The position numbers were made by a program, and so were the translations under genes. The notes under the pieces are model-generated. The model worked only from the letters and a program-made list of their open reading frames with translations. It searched no databases and was not told where the DNA came from. A stretch of DNA of 64,000 nucleotides from Novakomyces olei (lineage: Eukaryota): positions 1,426,001-1,490,000 of the forward strand of contig JADEYG010000004.1 of NCBI GenBank assembly GCA_016906335.1, written 5' to 3'. Shown one piece after another: positions 48,934 through 60,211 of the stretch (positions are counted from its first letter, which is position 1; the number at the start of each line of letters is the position of its first letter).

Positions 48934-49761
48934 ATGGCAGACGAAGACCAAAGTCAAGATTGGTACAAGCAAGTAGGATATGCGATTAGCTCAGAGGTAT
49001 GGATAGGACAGGGTGTCGCTTATATTGCGACTTCTCAACATGTCCCTTTTGTCTCTATTCCTCTTGAGTTTGTAACATCGGGCTCAAATCCTGTCAACAG
49101 TGTTGCATATTTGAACCGCGTTCTTGCCGGAATCATATCCAATTTACCAAGCAGTAAAATTTCAATGACTTTGAATGGCAGTCTTGTGGCGCCTGACGAC
49201 GCTATTTCTGCTGGCATGTATATTCTACAAGAGCCGCAACATGAATTCATAAAATTTCGGCCGGGACCACAGGGCAAATCTAGATCAAAATTGTTCCACG
49301 ACACCGATGGCTCATCTACGGTTAGCAGATCGTCTAGATCATCTAGTCATCAGTCTGCTTTTCGTGAGCAGCTTTTCCTTCGTGATGGAATGTGTATTGT
49401 AACTGGTGCTGATGGTCGCGACGACTTGATAGCAGCTCACATCATCCCGTTCAGTCTTGGGCAGCGTTTCTTGGACGAAATAACCGGCGGTCCCCTTTTA
49501 ATAACGCAATTCAATGAACGCAACGGAATTGTTCTAGACAGGCGTATTCACCACTTGTATGACAGATACAAGCTCGGATTTTTGGTAGCTGGTGACGACC
49601 GCATAATAATTCATTCTTTCGGGGACGAAGCTATGCAATATCATGGCCAACTTGCATTAATAAGATATCCTTGTAAAATATCTCGCAGGCCTGACCCTCG
49701 ACTTTTAAATTGGCATTACGATCAATGTCTTATGGCCCGATTTCGTGGATTTCATATATGA
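48934..49761 (+). CDS. HNH endonuclease (HNH_2-type) domain protein, paralog of 39319-40167
   Basis: RDGMCIVTG...AAHIIPF...NGIVLDRRIHHLYD...PDPRLLNWHY. Confidence 0.85.
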   Translation: MADEDQSQDWYKQVGYAISSEVWIGQGVAYIATSQHVPFVSIPLEFVTSGSNPVNSVAYLNRVLAGIISNLPSSKISMTLNGSLVAPDDAISAGMYILQEPQHEFIKFRPGPQGKSRSKLFHDTDGSSTVSRSSRSSSHQSAFREQLFLRDGMCIVTGADGRDDLIAAHIIPFSLGQRFLDEITGGPLLITQFNERNGIVLDRRIHHLYDRYKLGFLVAGDDRIIIHSFGDEAMQYHGQLALIRYPCKISRRPDPRLLNWHYDQCLMARFRGFHI

Positions 49762-50003
49762 ATATTGTTGCAGGTTTTATGAATGGAGATTCTGGCATGC
49801 CATCTGGTCAGAAATGGTCGCCAAAAACTTGGCGAAAATGCTTTCAGGTTGTTAGTGCTTGCGCTAAAAGTATTAGAGGCTTGTTGATTTACGGACTCGG
49901 CTGTTTGAGGAATATGCCGGGCTACTTCTCATCTCCTATTGCTAAGTACGATCCAAGAATTGCAATGATCAAAAATTTCCGGGCGGCTATTTTTTGAGTT
50001 GAG

Positions 50004-50370
50004 CGAGCACATCAAAACAAGCTGCAGGTTCGGTCATATTTACGGCAAGTTACGCAAAATGCAAGACTAAGTCTTAAGGGAATATTTACGGTTCCATACG
50101 CAGAAGCTTACTTCGGTTCTGGAGGAAAGTATGCTAAAGCAGGATCATATGATAAAAAGTCACATTATGGTTTTGTGATTGACAATGGTCAAGGGGTCGT
50201 GAGCCTACCGACTCAGGATGAGTAGGTTTGCAATCTAATTCCTCTTTTGCTGATGCAAACTAACGTTCTCTTGTAGTGTCGGAAAATTTGTAGTTGCGGT
50301 TCTTTTGCGCCCTAATGTTTCAAAAAATCGCAATCTTATTGTTGATTCGTTCACGACTTCGCCCTTGGGT
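50004..50370 (+). pseudogene. Degenerate partial duplicate of the NmrA-like gene, intron position retained
   Basis: RAHQNKLQVRSYLRQVT...PYAEAYFGSGGKYAKAGSYDKK...NRNLIVDSFTT matches 51581-52563. Confidence 0.8.
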
Positions 50371-50525
50371 TTCGCTCACTAAAATTTTACTAGGAGGCTG
50401 AGAGAATGATTAATTAGAAACTAATTTAATCTCGTAACGAACTACTTTTTGATATTCATCTGTCAATAATTGAATAAAACATGCTTTTTTAGTTTCAAGT
50501 TTTTTTTTGGACAAATTTCAAAGAT

Positions 50526-51077
50526 TTACTCCCAGGGATATTCCTCTGTGTATTCGTCCTTGTTCAAAATTTCGGCATTTTCATGGAGAAAAGTAGTGAT
50601 GGCTCTGTTTAGTGCGGTCAGAGTCATGGGCTCAGCGCATTGTAGAGAAAAGTGATCGGTATGTTCGTGTAATATGACTAGATTAGGAGGTAAAGGCGTA
50701 CCCTCCTTTATAACAAAGACTTTTACGTCTTTCCCTCGAAAGTTCCTCACGACTTCTTGAAAAATGACTGACCTTGGATCCCGAAGTGAGCAGCCATTTG
50801 GTTTCACAAAGTTGGGTCCTTCTGCCGGCAATACCTTTTTATTCACAGTGATGAGATCGTAGCTTTTTCTCCCCGCTGCTATTTGCTTTTCATAATCACG
50901 AAGCCTAACATTGAGCCCACTCTGTACACGCGCAAGATCCTGGGGTACTCTGTCTTTGTATTTTCCAATAAGAGGCTTGCCCGCCAAATATGACCTTGAA
51001 AATACTGGCCTTTGGAAACCAATTCGACTTGATGAGCCGCTACACCGGGTTGCGGGGCGCCAAAGACACTCGATCAT
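50526..51077 (-). CDS. Tse2-like ADP-ribosyltransferase-fold toxin domain protein
   Basis: PNGCSLR, EGTPLP..LVILHEHTDHFSLQ, LNRAIT.FL resemble fungal ADPRTs_Tse2-domain proteins (recognised from memory). Confidence 0.7.
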   Translation of the reverse strand: MIECLWRPATRCSGSSSRIGFQRPVFSRSYLAGKPLIGKYKDRVPQDLARVQSGLNVRLRDYEKQIAAGRKSYDLITVNKKVLPAEGPNFVKPNGCSLRDPRSVIFQEVVRNFRGKDVKVFVIKEGTPLPPNLVILHEHTDHFSLQCAEPMTLTALNRAITTFLHENAEILNKDEYTEEYPWE

Positions 51078-51299
51078 CTTCACAAAATAGCTGCAATATT
51101 CTGTGAAAATAATCGTTCACATATTTATTAAGATGAATCTCACTGCCCTGTATAATAATTATTCGACAAAAATTATTTTATGTTAATCTAAAGAGGCAAA
51201 ACTCTATTGATACATATATGTGATTCTTATATATGCAAAGATCAATAGGATTAAATTAATTAGGGCTAAGAAGCATTATACTTGTATATATTGTCTCCG

Positions 51300-51398
51300 G
51301 AGCCCATGACCTCACTAAACAGAGCCATTACTAAATTTCTCCATGACAATGCCGAAATTTTGAACAAGGACGAATACACAGAGAAATATCCCTGGGAA
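51300..51398 (+). pseudogene. Inverted 3' fragment of the Tse2-like gene
   Basis: Near reverse complement of 50529-50634. Confidence 0.8.
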
Positions 51399-51580
51399 CA
51401 AATTTAACAAGAATAACCATAAGCCGAGATGCTGTTATTTTTTGGTGGTAGCCGAACATCAAAAGCGTGTAATTACGAGTTTGAATGAATTCTATGAGTC
51501 TGCCTATCCAATCTCGATAGGCACCAATCGGGTCCCCAAATAATATACTCGTAGAAAAGTTAAAAGACTATATACGCCAA

Positions 51581-52563
51581 TCAATTGCCCAAATAACGTC
51601 TTACGGCGGTACTGAGATCATCTGTTTTTACACCCAAGATGCCAACGTCTGTTTTGTTATAAAGCGTTTTGCCCAATGCCCAGATTCTTTGTAGAGAAAG
51701 GCCTCTTGCTGCTGGTTCGTTTGCATCCCAAGAGGCCTTTTCAAGCATCTTTACTTCGTTTAAACTGGTATGATCAACTTTCCATGTGTGGCCAGTCTGA
51801 CGTTCAAATTCTTCTACAATACGCAGCGGTGTGGTTGTGAATGAACTAACAATAAGATTCCGATTTTTTGAAACGTCAGGCCGTAAAAGAGCAGCCACTA
51901 CAAATTTCCCGACACTGACAAGGTTAGATATCGCCTAAAATATGGATTAATGTAGAACTTGCTGCAGACTTACTCCTCCTGAGTCGTTAAGCTCACAGGC
52001 CCTTGGCCGTCTCCAATCACAAAAGCATGACGAGATCTTTTATCATATGATCCGGCTTTAGCATACTTTCCTGCGGAACCGAAATAGGCCTCTGCATACG
52101 GTCCGGTAACTATTCCCGTAAAACTAAGCTTTGTGTCCCGAGTAACTTGCCGTAAAAATGATCGAACCCTCAGTTTATTTTGATGTGCTCGTTCGTGCAA
52201 TGATTCCTCGTCATACTCAACGTCTGTACCGTACTCTGAAGGGAAGAATCGAGTCACCGTACTGGTGGGCTCTAAAGCGATTTGTATGAGCAGTTGCTGT
52301 GCTAAAACTGCTCCACCACCAACGCAGGAAACGACAGTGTCAATGTTGCGAAATGCACTTGTAATGTCATTTTCGTTCTCGATATCGCCCGCAATAATAT
52401 TGAACCCATTTTGCTCAAGGTCCTTAAAGTAATCGTGTTTTGATTGTAATGATGCAACTGAAGTGAAGACGGATAAAGCAGTAAAATTTTCTCGATTTTT
52501 GGCTATCTGCTCTGTTATATGACGGCCAATATATCCACTTGCACCAATAATCAAAACCCTCAT
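51581..52563 (-). CDS. NmrA-like / isoflavone reductase-like NAD(P)-binding protein; intron 51915-51973
   Basis: GASGYIG, DTVVSCVG, RFFPSEYGTD. Confidence 0.9.
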
Positions 52564-52997
52564 GATCGCGATTCGATTCTACGGCAATGAGGGAGACCTT
52601 GAATCCGAATATGGCTTGTGTGAATGCGCCGCCCACCAGCCCTACTATTTTAGAACTATTACTGACTCTATATTAATAATTACTCATCATTCTGCATATG
52701 GAAATGACAGTTGGCAGAAGATGGGACAGTTGAAACCTTGTGCGGGATACCGTTCACTTTGCGCCAACGCCAATAGGATGTTCTTTTTAACATTACAAAG
52801 GAGACTCGCGAAATAAGCTGCCTATATAGTTACTTACCTGATTGGCTTTACACTCAAAATTCGCAATGTAATAAACATATTAATTATAACATCGTCTGTT
52901 CCGAGATGATTTTACAATTTAATTTAATTTAATTCAACTACGATGCTGTTTAAACAGTCATATGACAGAAGCAAACCCATTATGAGACAACGACCTT

Positions 52998-53664
52998 TCA
53001 GATTTCTTCAGCAACCTCGGCTTCGCGCTCTGTTAGAGAGTTCTTGTGAGATATAGCCTTATCATCGTCCGTCATGTTCGCTTCTTGTATCACGTGAACG
53101 GGAACAATAACGTCAGATTCCTTAAAATAGTTCGTCTGGGTCGTTTTCCACATTGTCATTGTGTACATCATGATTATTCCGATGGCGCTGAGTATGAAAT
53201 ACGCGATAACCTCACGGCGATAAGAAAGCAGAGTCGAATCAATTCCAAAGGAAACACACTCGCCCGCGGCAATTCCGGCACGTAAAATACCAGCGTACCG
53301 AGCGAGTCGCTTAGGCTCATTTGTAAAAGTGCTAATAATCCACTGGCACATGATCTGATAGGAAAATTAGTAAGAATGCGTTGGAAACGCTCTATGTTTT
53401 ACCTGCCAGCAAGCATATACAATTCCGAAAAGAATGTATGCAGAGAAGGCCAAACCGAAATCGGATTTGTTTGTCCAATCAACAGCAGGTCCCTCAGCGT
53501 GCCGATCATGCGGGCTGACGTTTATCCAAACACATTGCAAAACGTAGCCAGCAATAGCGGGGATGGCAACATAAGTTACGCCAATGTACCCTCGTGTTTT
53601 GCGCTTATACTTTTCATTGTCGACAATCACAAAAGTGAGAAGTGAGGCTGGAATTTGTATCACC
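52998..53664 (-). pseudogene. UNC-93-like MFS transporter, 3' part, interrupted by repeat R1
   Basis: LARYAGILR...GECVSFGIDS; multi-TM; short intron ~53359-53401. Confidence 0.65.
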
Positions 53665-55232
53665 CTAGATATATTCAAGACGGAATTATGGCGAAATTCC
53701 ATTTTTATGTAATGTGATTCTTATTATGTATAATTCTAGTCAGGGTTTTCGCTTTTCCTTTACGCCATAATTCCATTTCGAAAAATAATTAATGTATGAG
53801 GGGGGGGTCATGCCAATTTCCTTAGCATTCCCGCGAATTATGGCGTAATTCTAATAAGAATGGTAGGAGAAACGTGGAGGCAGGGTTTTTTAGGGAGAAT
53901 TTTCCGACTAAATTCCAAATTATAATATGGGAAATTGCGCGGGAATGCTAAGGAAATTGGCATAAACGGGGGTAAGAACGACGTAAGAGCAAAAATAGTT
54001 TCCGCCTTAATTCCAAAACATTGGCAAACCATATTGCGGCGAGGGTAGGGTTGCTGAATTTATAAAATAATTATACAAGATGGTCTACACATATTATAGC
54101 TATCTGATAATATAATAAAAATATTATAAAGAGAGCCCCATAGTAATAAAGTATAATAAGAAAAACGTGAGAAAAATATGAAAAATTAAGAGTGTGTAGT
54201 CCATGTGTAGAGGTGACAAAACGTCGAAAGAACAAGTGTTTTTACAAAAAGTGTATGGTTGGTTAGAGGGGAGCAGTAGGAGTGGAAATAAATATTTGTT
54301 TACAAGATTGGAATGGAAGTTATGGAGATATAAGGGTTTAAAGATTTATAAAAAGCTCATGACGGCGCAGGATGCATTTTATGTGGCATTATAGTAATGT
54401 ATAGTAGAATAATTTATTGTAAAGTAATGTATGTATAATAATGTATAGTATAATAATTTATTGTAAAGTAATGTATGTATAATAATGTATAGTATAATAA
54501 TGTATAGTATAATAATGTATGGTATTATAATGTATTGTAAAGTAATGTAATATATGGAGGAATAATGTATAGAGGAATAATGTATGTATAATAATGTATG
54601 GTATAATAATGTATTGTAAAGTATGTATAATAATGTATGGTATAATAATATATGGTAGAATAATGTATTGTAAAGTTATTGTAAAGTAATGTATGTATAA
54701 TAATGTATGGAGGAATAATGTATGTATAATAATGTGTGGTATAATAATATATGGTAAAATAATGTATTGTAAAGTAATGTATGTATAATAATGTATGGTA
54801 TAATAATATATGGTATTATAATGTATGGTATAATAACATATGGTATAATAATATATGGTATTATAATGTATGGTATAAGAATGTATGGTAATTTAATGTA
54901 TAGGAATAATGTATGTATAATAATGTATGGTATAATAATGTATGGAGGAATAATGTATGGATGAATAATGTATGGATGAATAATGTATAGAGGAATAATG
55001 TATGGTAAATTAATGTATGGGGATTAATGTATGGAGGAATAATGTATAGGGATAATGTATGGTGTTAATATATAGTATTAATGTATGGGGGCATAATGTA
55101 TGAGATTTGTTCAGTTAGGGTTAGGGTTAATTATTGGGATAATGTGTGGGGTATTATAATGTATGAGGAAGTTGTTTTATTAGGGTTAGGGTTATTTATC
55201 ATGGAGTGGAGTAGAGAAATTGGTTGAGATTG
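53665..55232 (-). mobile_element. Repeat element R copy 1 (hairpin-CTAG end, inverted repeats, AT-rich minisatellite); possibly a non-autonomous Helitron-like element
   Basis: Same CTAGATATATTCAAGAC... boundary at 53665, 56089, 63431; interrupted at 55233 by an A-type LTR. Confidence 0.65.
54390..55100. repeat. TATAATAATGTATGG-type minisatellite
   Basis: Direct observation; the plus strand is almost C-free. Confidence 0.92.
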
Positions 55233-55421
55233 TGTCATGATCCTCGCCTTGGCGAGTCCCTGACAACCGCGTTGGGAAGCGAGGGGCGACGCCTGTAGTC
55301 GGACTTGGGATGTCCGCGCGTCGCGAGCTTCGCCAACGCGGCCCAAGACCAGTCGGCGCGTAATGCGATGGTCTTGGGACGTAGAAGTTGTCTTAGTGTG
55401 CATGTAGGTACGCGCACTAAG
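55233..55421 (+). repeat. 5' part of an A-family LTR, interrupted by D2
   Basis: Near reverse complement of 9769-9957. Confidence 0.9.
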
Positions 55422-55824
55422 TGTTATGGTTGTAGAAGGCGAAAGCCTAAAGGAGAACCCAATTGCCGGATTTCACGCCGGCTCTGGGACTATGAGAAAA
55501 TTAAGAGATAGAACTGGGTTTAAAAGATTGGGTCTCCCCAAAGTTCGATTACACGTAGCGAGAAAAGTAGAAGCAGGACCTCTATTTATATCCTCGCTAC
55601 GTAGAATATTCTAGAAACACTAACTACTTAAACGATTAAACAAACTAACAAGTAAAAGCAGTCAGAATAATAATAGTCAATAAATAATAAATAATAAATA
55701 AATAAATATTAAATAAATATTAAATATTAAATAAAGACAACAAACAAATAATAAAATAGCGCTTCAATAGCGTCGGTGCTATCGAAGACGCAATAACACT
55801 ATATAAATAAATTAAATCATAACA
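55422..55824 (-). repeat. 3' LTR of element D2
   Basis: Inverted termini TGTTATG...CATAACA; PPT gggaggggagag upstream on the minus strand. Confidence 0.82.
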
Positions 55825-56088
55825 CTACTCTCCCCTCCCGAGGCGTAACACCTGTAAGCCTGAATAAATAAACTTCTTTTTCGCGTCGTAGTAAGCAGGA
55901 AGAGTGGCTCGATAAACTTCACTCGCTTCCTGGTGCTCGTTCTCAACTTGAAGTTCCAAATCTGTTCCCTTTGCATTCTCAGCATCCCACCCGGCTAGAC
56001 GCTTGAGACGCGAATGGGTGTATGCAAACGAGTACCCAGTGATGATAGAATTCTCGAGGGTCATTACAGCATGTAACGTCGCCGGTTC
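55825..56088 (-). pseudogene. C-terminal part of a second JmjC-like cargo gene (D2), interrupted by R2
   Basis: EPATLHAVMTLENSIITGYSFA...RLAGWDA...RGE* aligns with D1 PPGTLHGVIAITDSALMGYNFA...RLIEWDA...RGE*. Confidence 0.78.
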
Positions 56089-58136
56089 CTAGATATATTC
56101 AAGACGGAATTATGGCGAAATTCCATTTTTATGTAATGTGATTCTTATTATGTATAATTCTAGTCAGGGTTTTCGCTTTTCCTTTACGCCATAATTCCAT
56201 TTCGAAAAATAATTAATGTATGAGGGGGGGGTCATGCCAATTTCCTTAGCATTCCCGCGAATTATGGCGTAATTCTAATAAGAATGGTAGGAGAAACGTG
56301 GAGGCAGGGTTTTTTAGGGAGAATTTTCCGACTAAATTCCAAATTATAATATGGGAAATTGCGCGGGAATGCTAAGGAAATTGGCATAAACGGGGGTAAG
56401 AACGACGTAAGAGCAAAAATAGTTTCCGCCTTAATTCCAAAACATTGGCAAACGATATTGCGGCGAGGGTAGGGTTGCTGAATTTATAAAATATAATTAT
56501 TATACAAGATGGTCTACACATATTATAGCTATCTGATAATATAATAAAAATATTATAGAGAGAGCCCCATAGTAATAAAGTATAATAAGAAAAACGTCAG
56601 AAAAATAAGAAAAATTAAGAGTGTGTAGTCCATGTGTAGAGGTGACAAAACGTCGAATGAACAAGTGTTTTTACAAAAAGTGTATGGTTGGATAGAGGGG
56701 TGCAGTAGGAGTGTAAATATATACTTGTTTACAAGATTGGATTAGTAATTATGGAGATATATGGGTTTAAAGATTTATAAAAAGCTCATGACGGCGCAGG
56801 ATGCATTTTATGTGGCATTATAATAATGTATAGTAGAATAATTTATTGTAAAGCAATGTATGTATAATAATGTATAGTATAATAATGTATGGTAATTTAA
56901 TGTATAGGAATAATGTATGTATAATAATGTATGGTATAATAATGTATGGTATAATAATATATGGTAGAATAATGTATTGTAAAGTTATTGTAAAGTAATG
57001 TATGTATAATAATGTATGGAGGAATAATGTATGGAGGAATAATGTATGTATAATAATGTGTGGTATAATAATATATGGTAAAATAATGTATTGTAAAGTG
57101 AATAATGTATGTATAATAATGTATGGTATAATAATGTATTGTAAAGTAAAGTATGTATAATAATGTATGGTAAATAATATATGGTAGAATAATGTATTGT
57201 AAAGTTATTGTAAAGTAATGTATGTATAATAATATATGGTAGAATCATATGGTATAATAATATATGGCATTATAATGTATGGTATAATAATATATGGTGG
57301 AATAATGTATGGAGGAATAATGTATGTATAATAATGTATGGTATAATAATATATGGGGGATTAATGTATGGGAATAATGTATGGGGAATTAATGTATGGG
57401 GGATTAATGTATGGAGAATAATGTGTATGGGGGAATAATGTATGGGGGAATAATGTACGGTGATATTTATTTAGGGTTAGGGTTATTTATGATCGAATGG
57501 AGTAGAGAATTATATTGAGATTGTTGGATATGAAAGGGAGGGAGAGAGTTGGAGTTGAGATAGGAAGTAAAGGGAAATAGAAAATGGGAATAGAGTAATG
57601 TAGAAGTTGCCAAAAAAATGTTTGATAAAGGACAGTTATTGAAAGGAAGATTGTTTTAATATTATTTAGTATTTTATAATATTTGGTTAAAGTTTAGAAA
57701 GGATCAAATAAAAATGATGATGTAAAAGTTTTAAAAGGGCGGAAAATGTGAATAATAATAGATTGAAGGGGTGTGAGGGGATGTGGAAAAGTGATGGGAG
57801 ATGAAGAAAGAAAGATTTTGGAAGAGTTGAGGGAAGCAGATGGAAGTTGATGGAGTTAGGAGGTAGGGCTATGGTTAAAGTGAGAAGAATTAGGGTTATT
57901 TAGTTCTAAGTGTATGAATGTTAGGGTTAGTAATTTATTATAAGAGAATGATAGCATGTTGGGGGAAGAAGTTTATAAAATAGAGAATGGTAATGGGGGT
58001 TAGGGTTATGGAGGAATAATGTTTGGTAAAATGATGTATGGGATTAATGTATGGGGGAATAATGTATGTAGGAATATATATGGTATAAATATAAGTATTT
58101 ATTAAGCATGGAGACTAATATAAATATATTCAAAAA
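56089..58136 (-). mobile_element. Repeat element R copy 2 (minisatellite ~56820-57460), followed by a diverged R terminus at 58137-58192
   Basis: First ~750 bp nearly identical to R1. Confidence 0.65.
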
Positions 58137-58192
58137 ATATATATTCAAGACGAAGCTATTGCGAAATTTCATTTATGTGTAATGTAATTCTT

Positions 58193-58543
58193 TGTTAGGG
58201 GGTGACCCTGGGTGATGGACTAGCCCGATATCGCGCGGGCGGAGGCAGGAAGATGGGACGAACCAGAGTACTGTCGGTGACTATTGCAACAAGGAGACTG
58301 AGGAGCCTACAGTCGCGAAGTATAGGCGTAACCCAAATTGATTTCACACAAGGGACAAGTAGAAGACAAGCCTCTATTTATAAGCTTGACCCTTGTGGTT
58401 AAACTATGAGAAAACTATTCTAGAACTATCTAAGCCACATTAAACAAATAACTAAAAGAAATTAAAGTAATAAACTGGAAAGTTGAATAAGACTCGTCGC
58501 TATATCAACCGTTCATAGCGGCCTAAATAGCGACTCCCTAACA
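58193..58543 (-). repeat. D1 3' LTR
   Basis: 8-bp inverted termini; shares motifs with the D2 LTR (cctctatttata, tattctagaa, cccaa.ttg...atttcac). Confidence 0.85.
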
Positions 58544-59533
58544 TTACTCCCCTCTCAAAAGTCGAAGTCCTTTGTTGAAATCAAAAGAAAAAGAAGAGAA
58601 AGAAGACTTAAAAACCTTTTCGTAATGCCGAAGACAAACACGATGTTCTTCAACCGCATCGCGTGTCAATTCAGCCTTACCCTTTGCGAAGTTTGCGTCC
58701 CACTCGATAAGTCTCGTAATGTCCTTGTCGAGTACGGCAAAGTTGTATCCCATCAGCGCAGAGTCGGTGATTGCGATAACACCGTGGAGAGTGCCTGGTG
58801 GAAACGTGATTGACCTATTCTCCGAGAGAATATAATACTTCAGGCCGCGCAAGTAGATGATGGCATCGCGCAATGCAAACTGATGATTTTGTCGATGCCT
58901 TGGTCCAAACCAGGAAAGATTCTCTGGTGTGGGCGGCCATGTTAGAATCATTTTTGTTCCGAAAACACCGTAGACAACTGTCCCGAACATGATGGGATCA
59001 ATGTGCACGTCTGTTACAGTCCCTGCTGGTGTAAGGACCGACGTCCAGTTTGTCGTGTTATCCGCATGCTCGTCAAGAGGACGTAGCTTTTTGGCGGAGC
59101 CCAATCGGCTAGGTTTTAAATTGTACACCGCGTATGGGTTTGCGCCCCGATCCATCCACGCTGCAAGAAATGAGATAACACTAGTGGCCTTGAGAACGAT
59201 TTGGTTCGATGCGTTGTCAATAATCTGACATGGTGAACGGGACGTTAGATCCTTGAGGAGATCTTCACACTCGATGTCGACCGTATCGTAGGCTGCTTCA
59301 TGGAGAGCTGTTTGGCGAGTGCTTAGCGTGCGCAAACACGTCAGCACACTTTCGTAATTTGTCGATTTTCCCCCGCAACGATAAAACTCCTTGATGCACG
59401 CAGACATTCTTTTGTCATGGACTGCAATCTGATGCCGTTTCCTGTCATATTGTTCGTAGAACCTTGTTCCACAATCTAAACATTCTAGCGGTCCTTGGTT
59501 TCTGGGGCGTCTGGTGCTTTTTTCTCGAGGCAT
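58544..59533 (-). CDS. C2H2 zinc finger + JmjC domain protein (KDM2/JHDM1/Epe1-like histone-demethylase fold), intact and intronless
   Basis: CLDC-x12-H-x4-H; VTDVHIDP (HxD), GTKMILTWPPT..N, FPPGTLHGV...DSALMGYNF (distal His). Confidence 0.85.
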   Translation of the reverse strand: MPREKSTRRPRNQGPLECLDCGTRFYEQYDRKRHQIAVHDKRMSACIKEFYRCGGKSTNYESVLTCLRTLSTRQTALHEAAYDTVDIECEDLLKDLTSRSPCQIIDNASNQIVLKATSVISFLAAWMDRGANPYAVYNLKPSRLGSAKKLRPLDEHADNTTNWTSVLTPAGTVTDVHIDPIMFGTVVYGVFGTKMILTWPPTPENLSWFGPRHRQNHQFALRDAIIYLRGLKYYILSENRSITFPPGTLHGVIAITDSALMGYNFAVLDKDITRLIEWDANFAKGKAELTRDAVEEHRVCLRHYEKVFKSSFSSFSFDFNKGLRLLRGE

Positions 59534-60211
59534 CGCTAAGTTCACTGCTGAGGGCTGGTAGAGTTGCGTTTGCTGAAAATATTTTCAGGCCAGTTAATTT
59601 ATATAGAACGGTTATCAATCTTAAGTAATCGTCCGTATATAATAAGTCGTACCGGTAATATATATATAACGGTATATATAATAATATAAGTAACCAATAT
59701 AATAACAACACATATAATAATATTATGTGTGGATAATAAGGTCGCTAAGTTGTCCGCTCTGGGCGTCATATTTAGCGTCACAATAAATAATCTTTTGCGA
59801 TAATAAACGGTCGCTAAGTTGCCCGCTCTGGGCGCCATATTTAGCGTCGTATGAAATAAATAATAAAGTGCGATAATAGCGTGTATACGTGATACATAGC
59901 ACAAATATTGCAGAGCATTACTCCCCCTTCAATAATAGGTGGGTTCCTTAATAGAAAAATAATAAATAAATAGAATCAATAATTAGTTCAGAAAATAGTT
60001 ATTTGGGCAAGATAGATTCGAATAGATAATAAAGAATCAATATAAAAATCAAGCTGTATGAGGTTGAGGCATACAATAACAAGGGTACCGGAGTTGAATC
60101 AGTGTCCCATTTCGTAGTAAAACAATAAAAATGTTGGTGTAATAGAAGTTTTTATCCCTGAATTAAAATCAATAAGTGATAAAAAGCATAATTAGAGAAT
60201 AATTGGTAGTT

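Noticed and set aside
32700-53660. Gene island as Starship cargo
   Set aside because: No DUF3435 tyrosine-recombinase captain or element boundaries are visible in this window.
56985-57248. 87-aa Tyr/His/Ile-rich ORF
   Set aside because: Translation of the minisatellite.
54390-57460. Minisatellite and LTR tandem repeats as CRISPR arrays
   Set aside because: No unique spacers, no cas genes, eukaryotic context.
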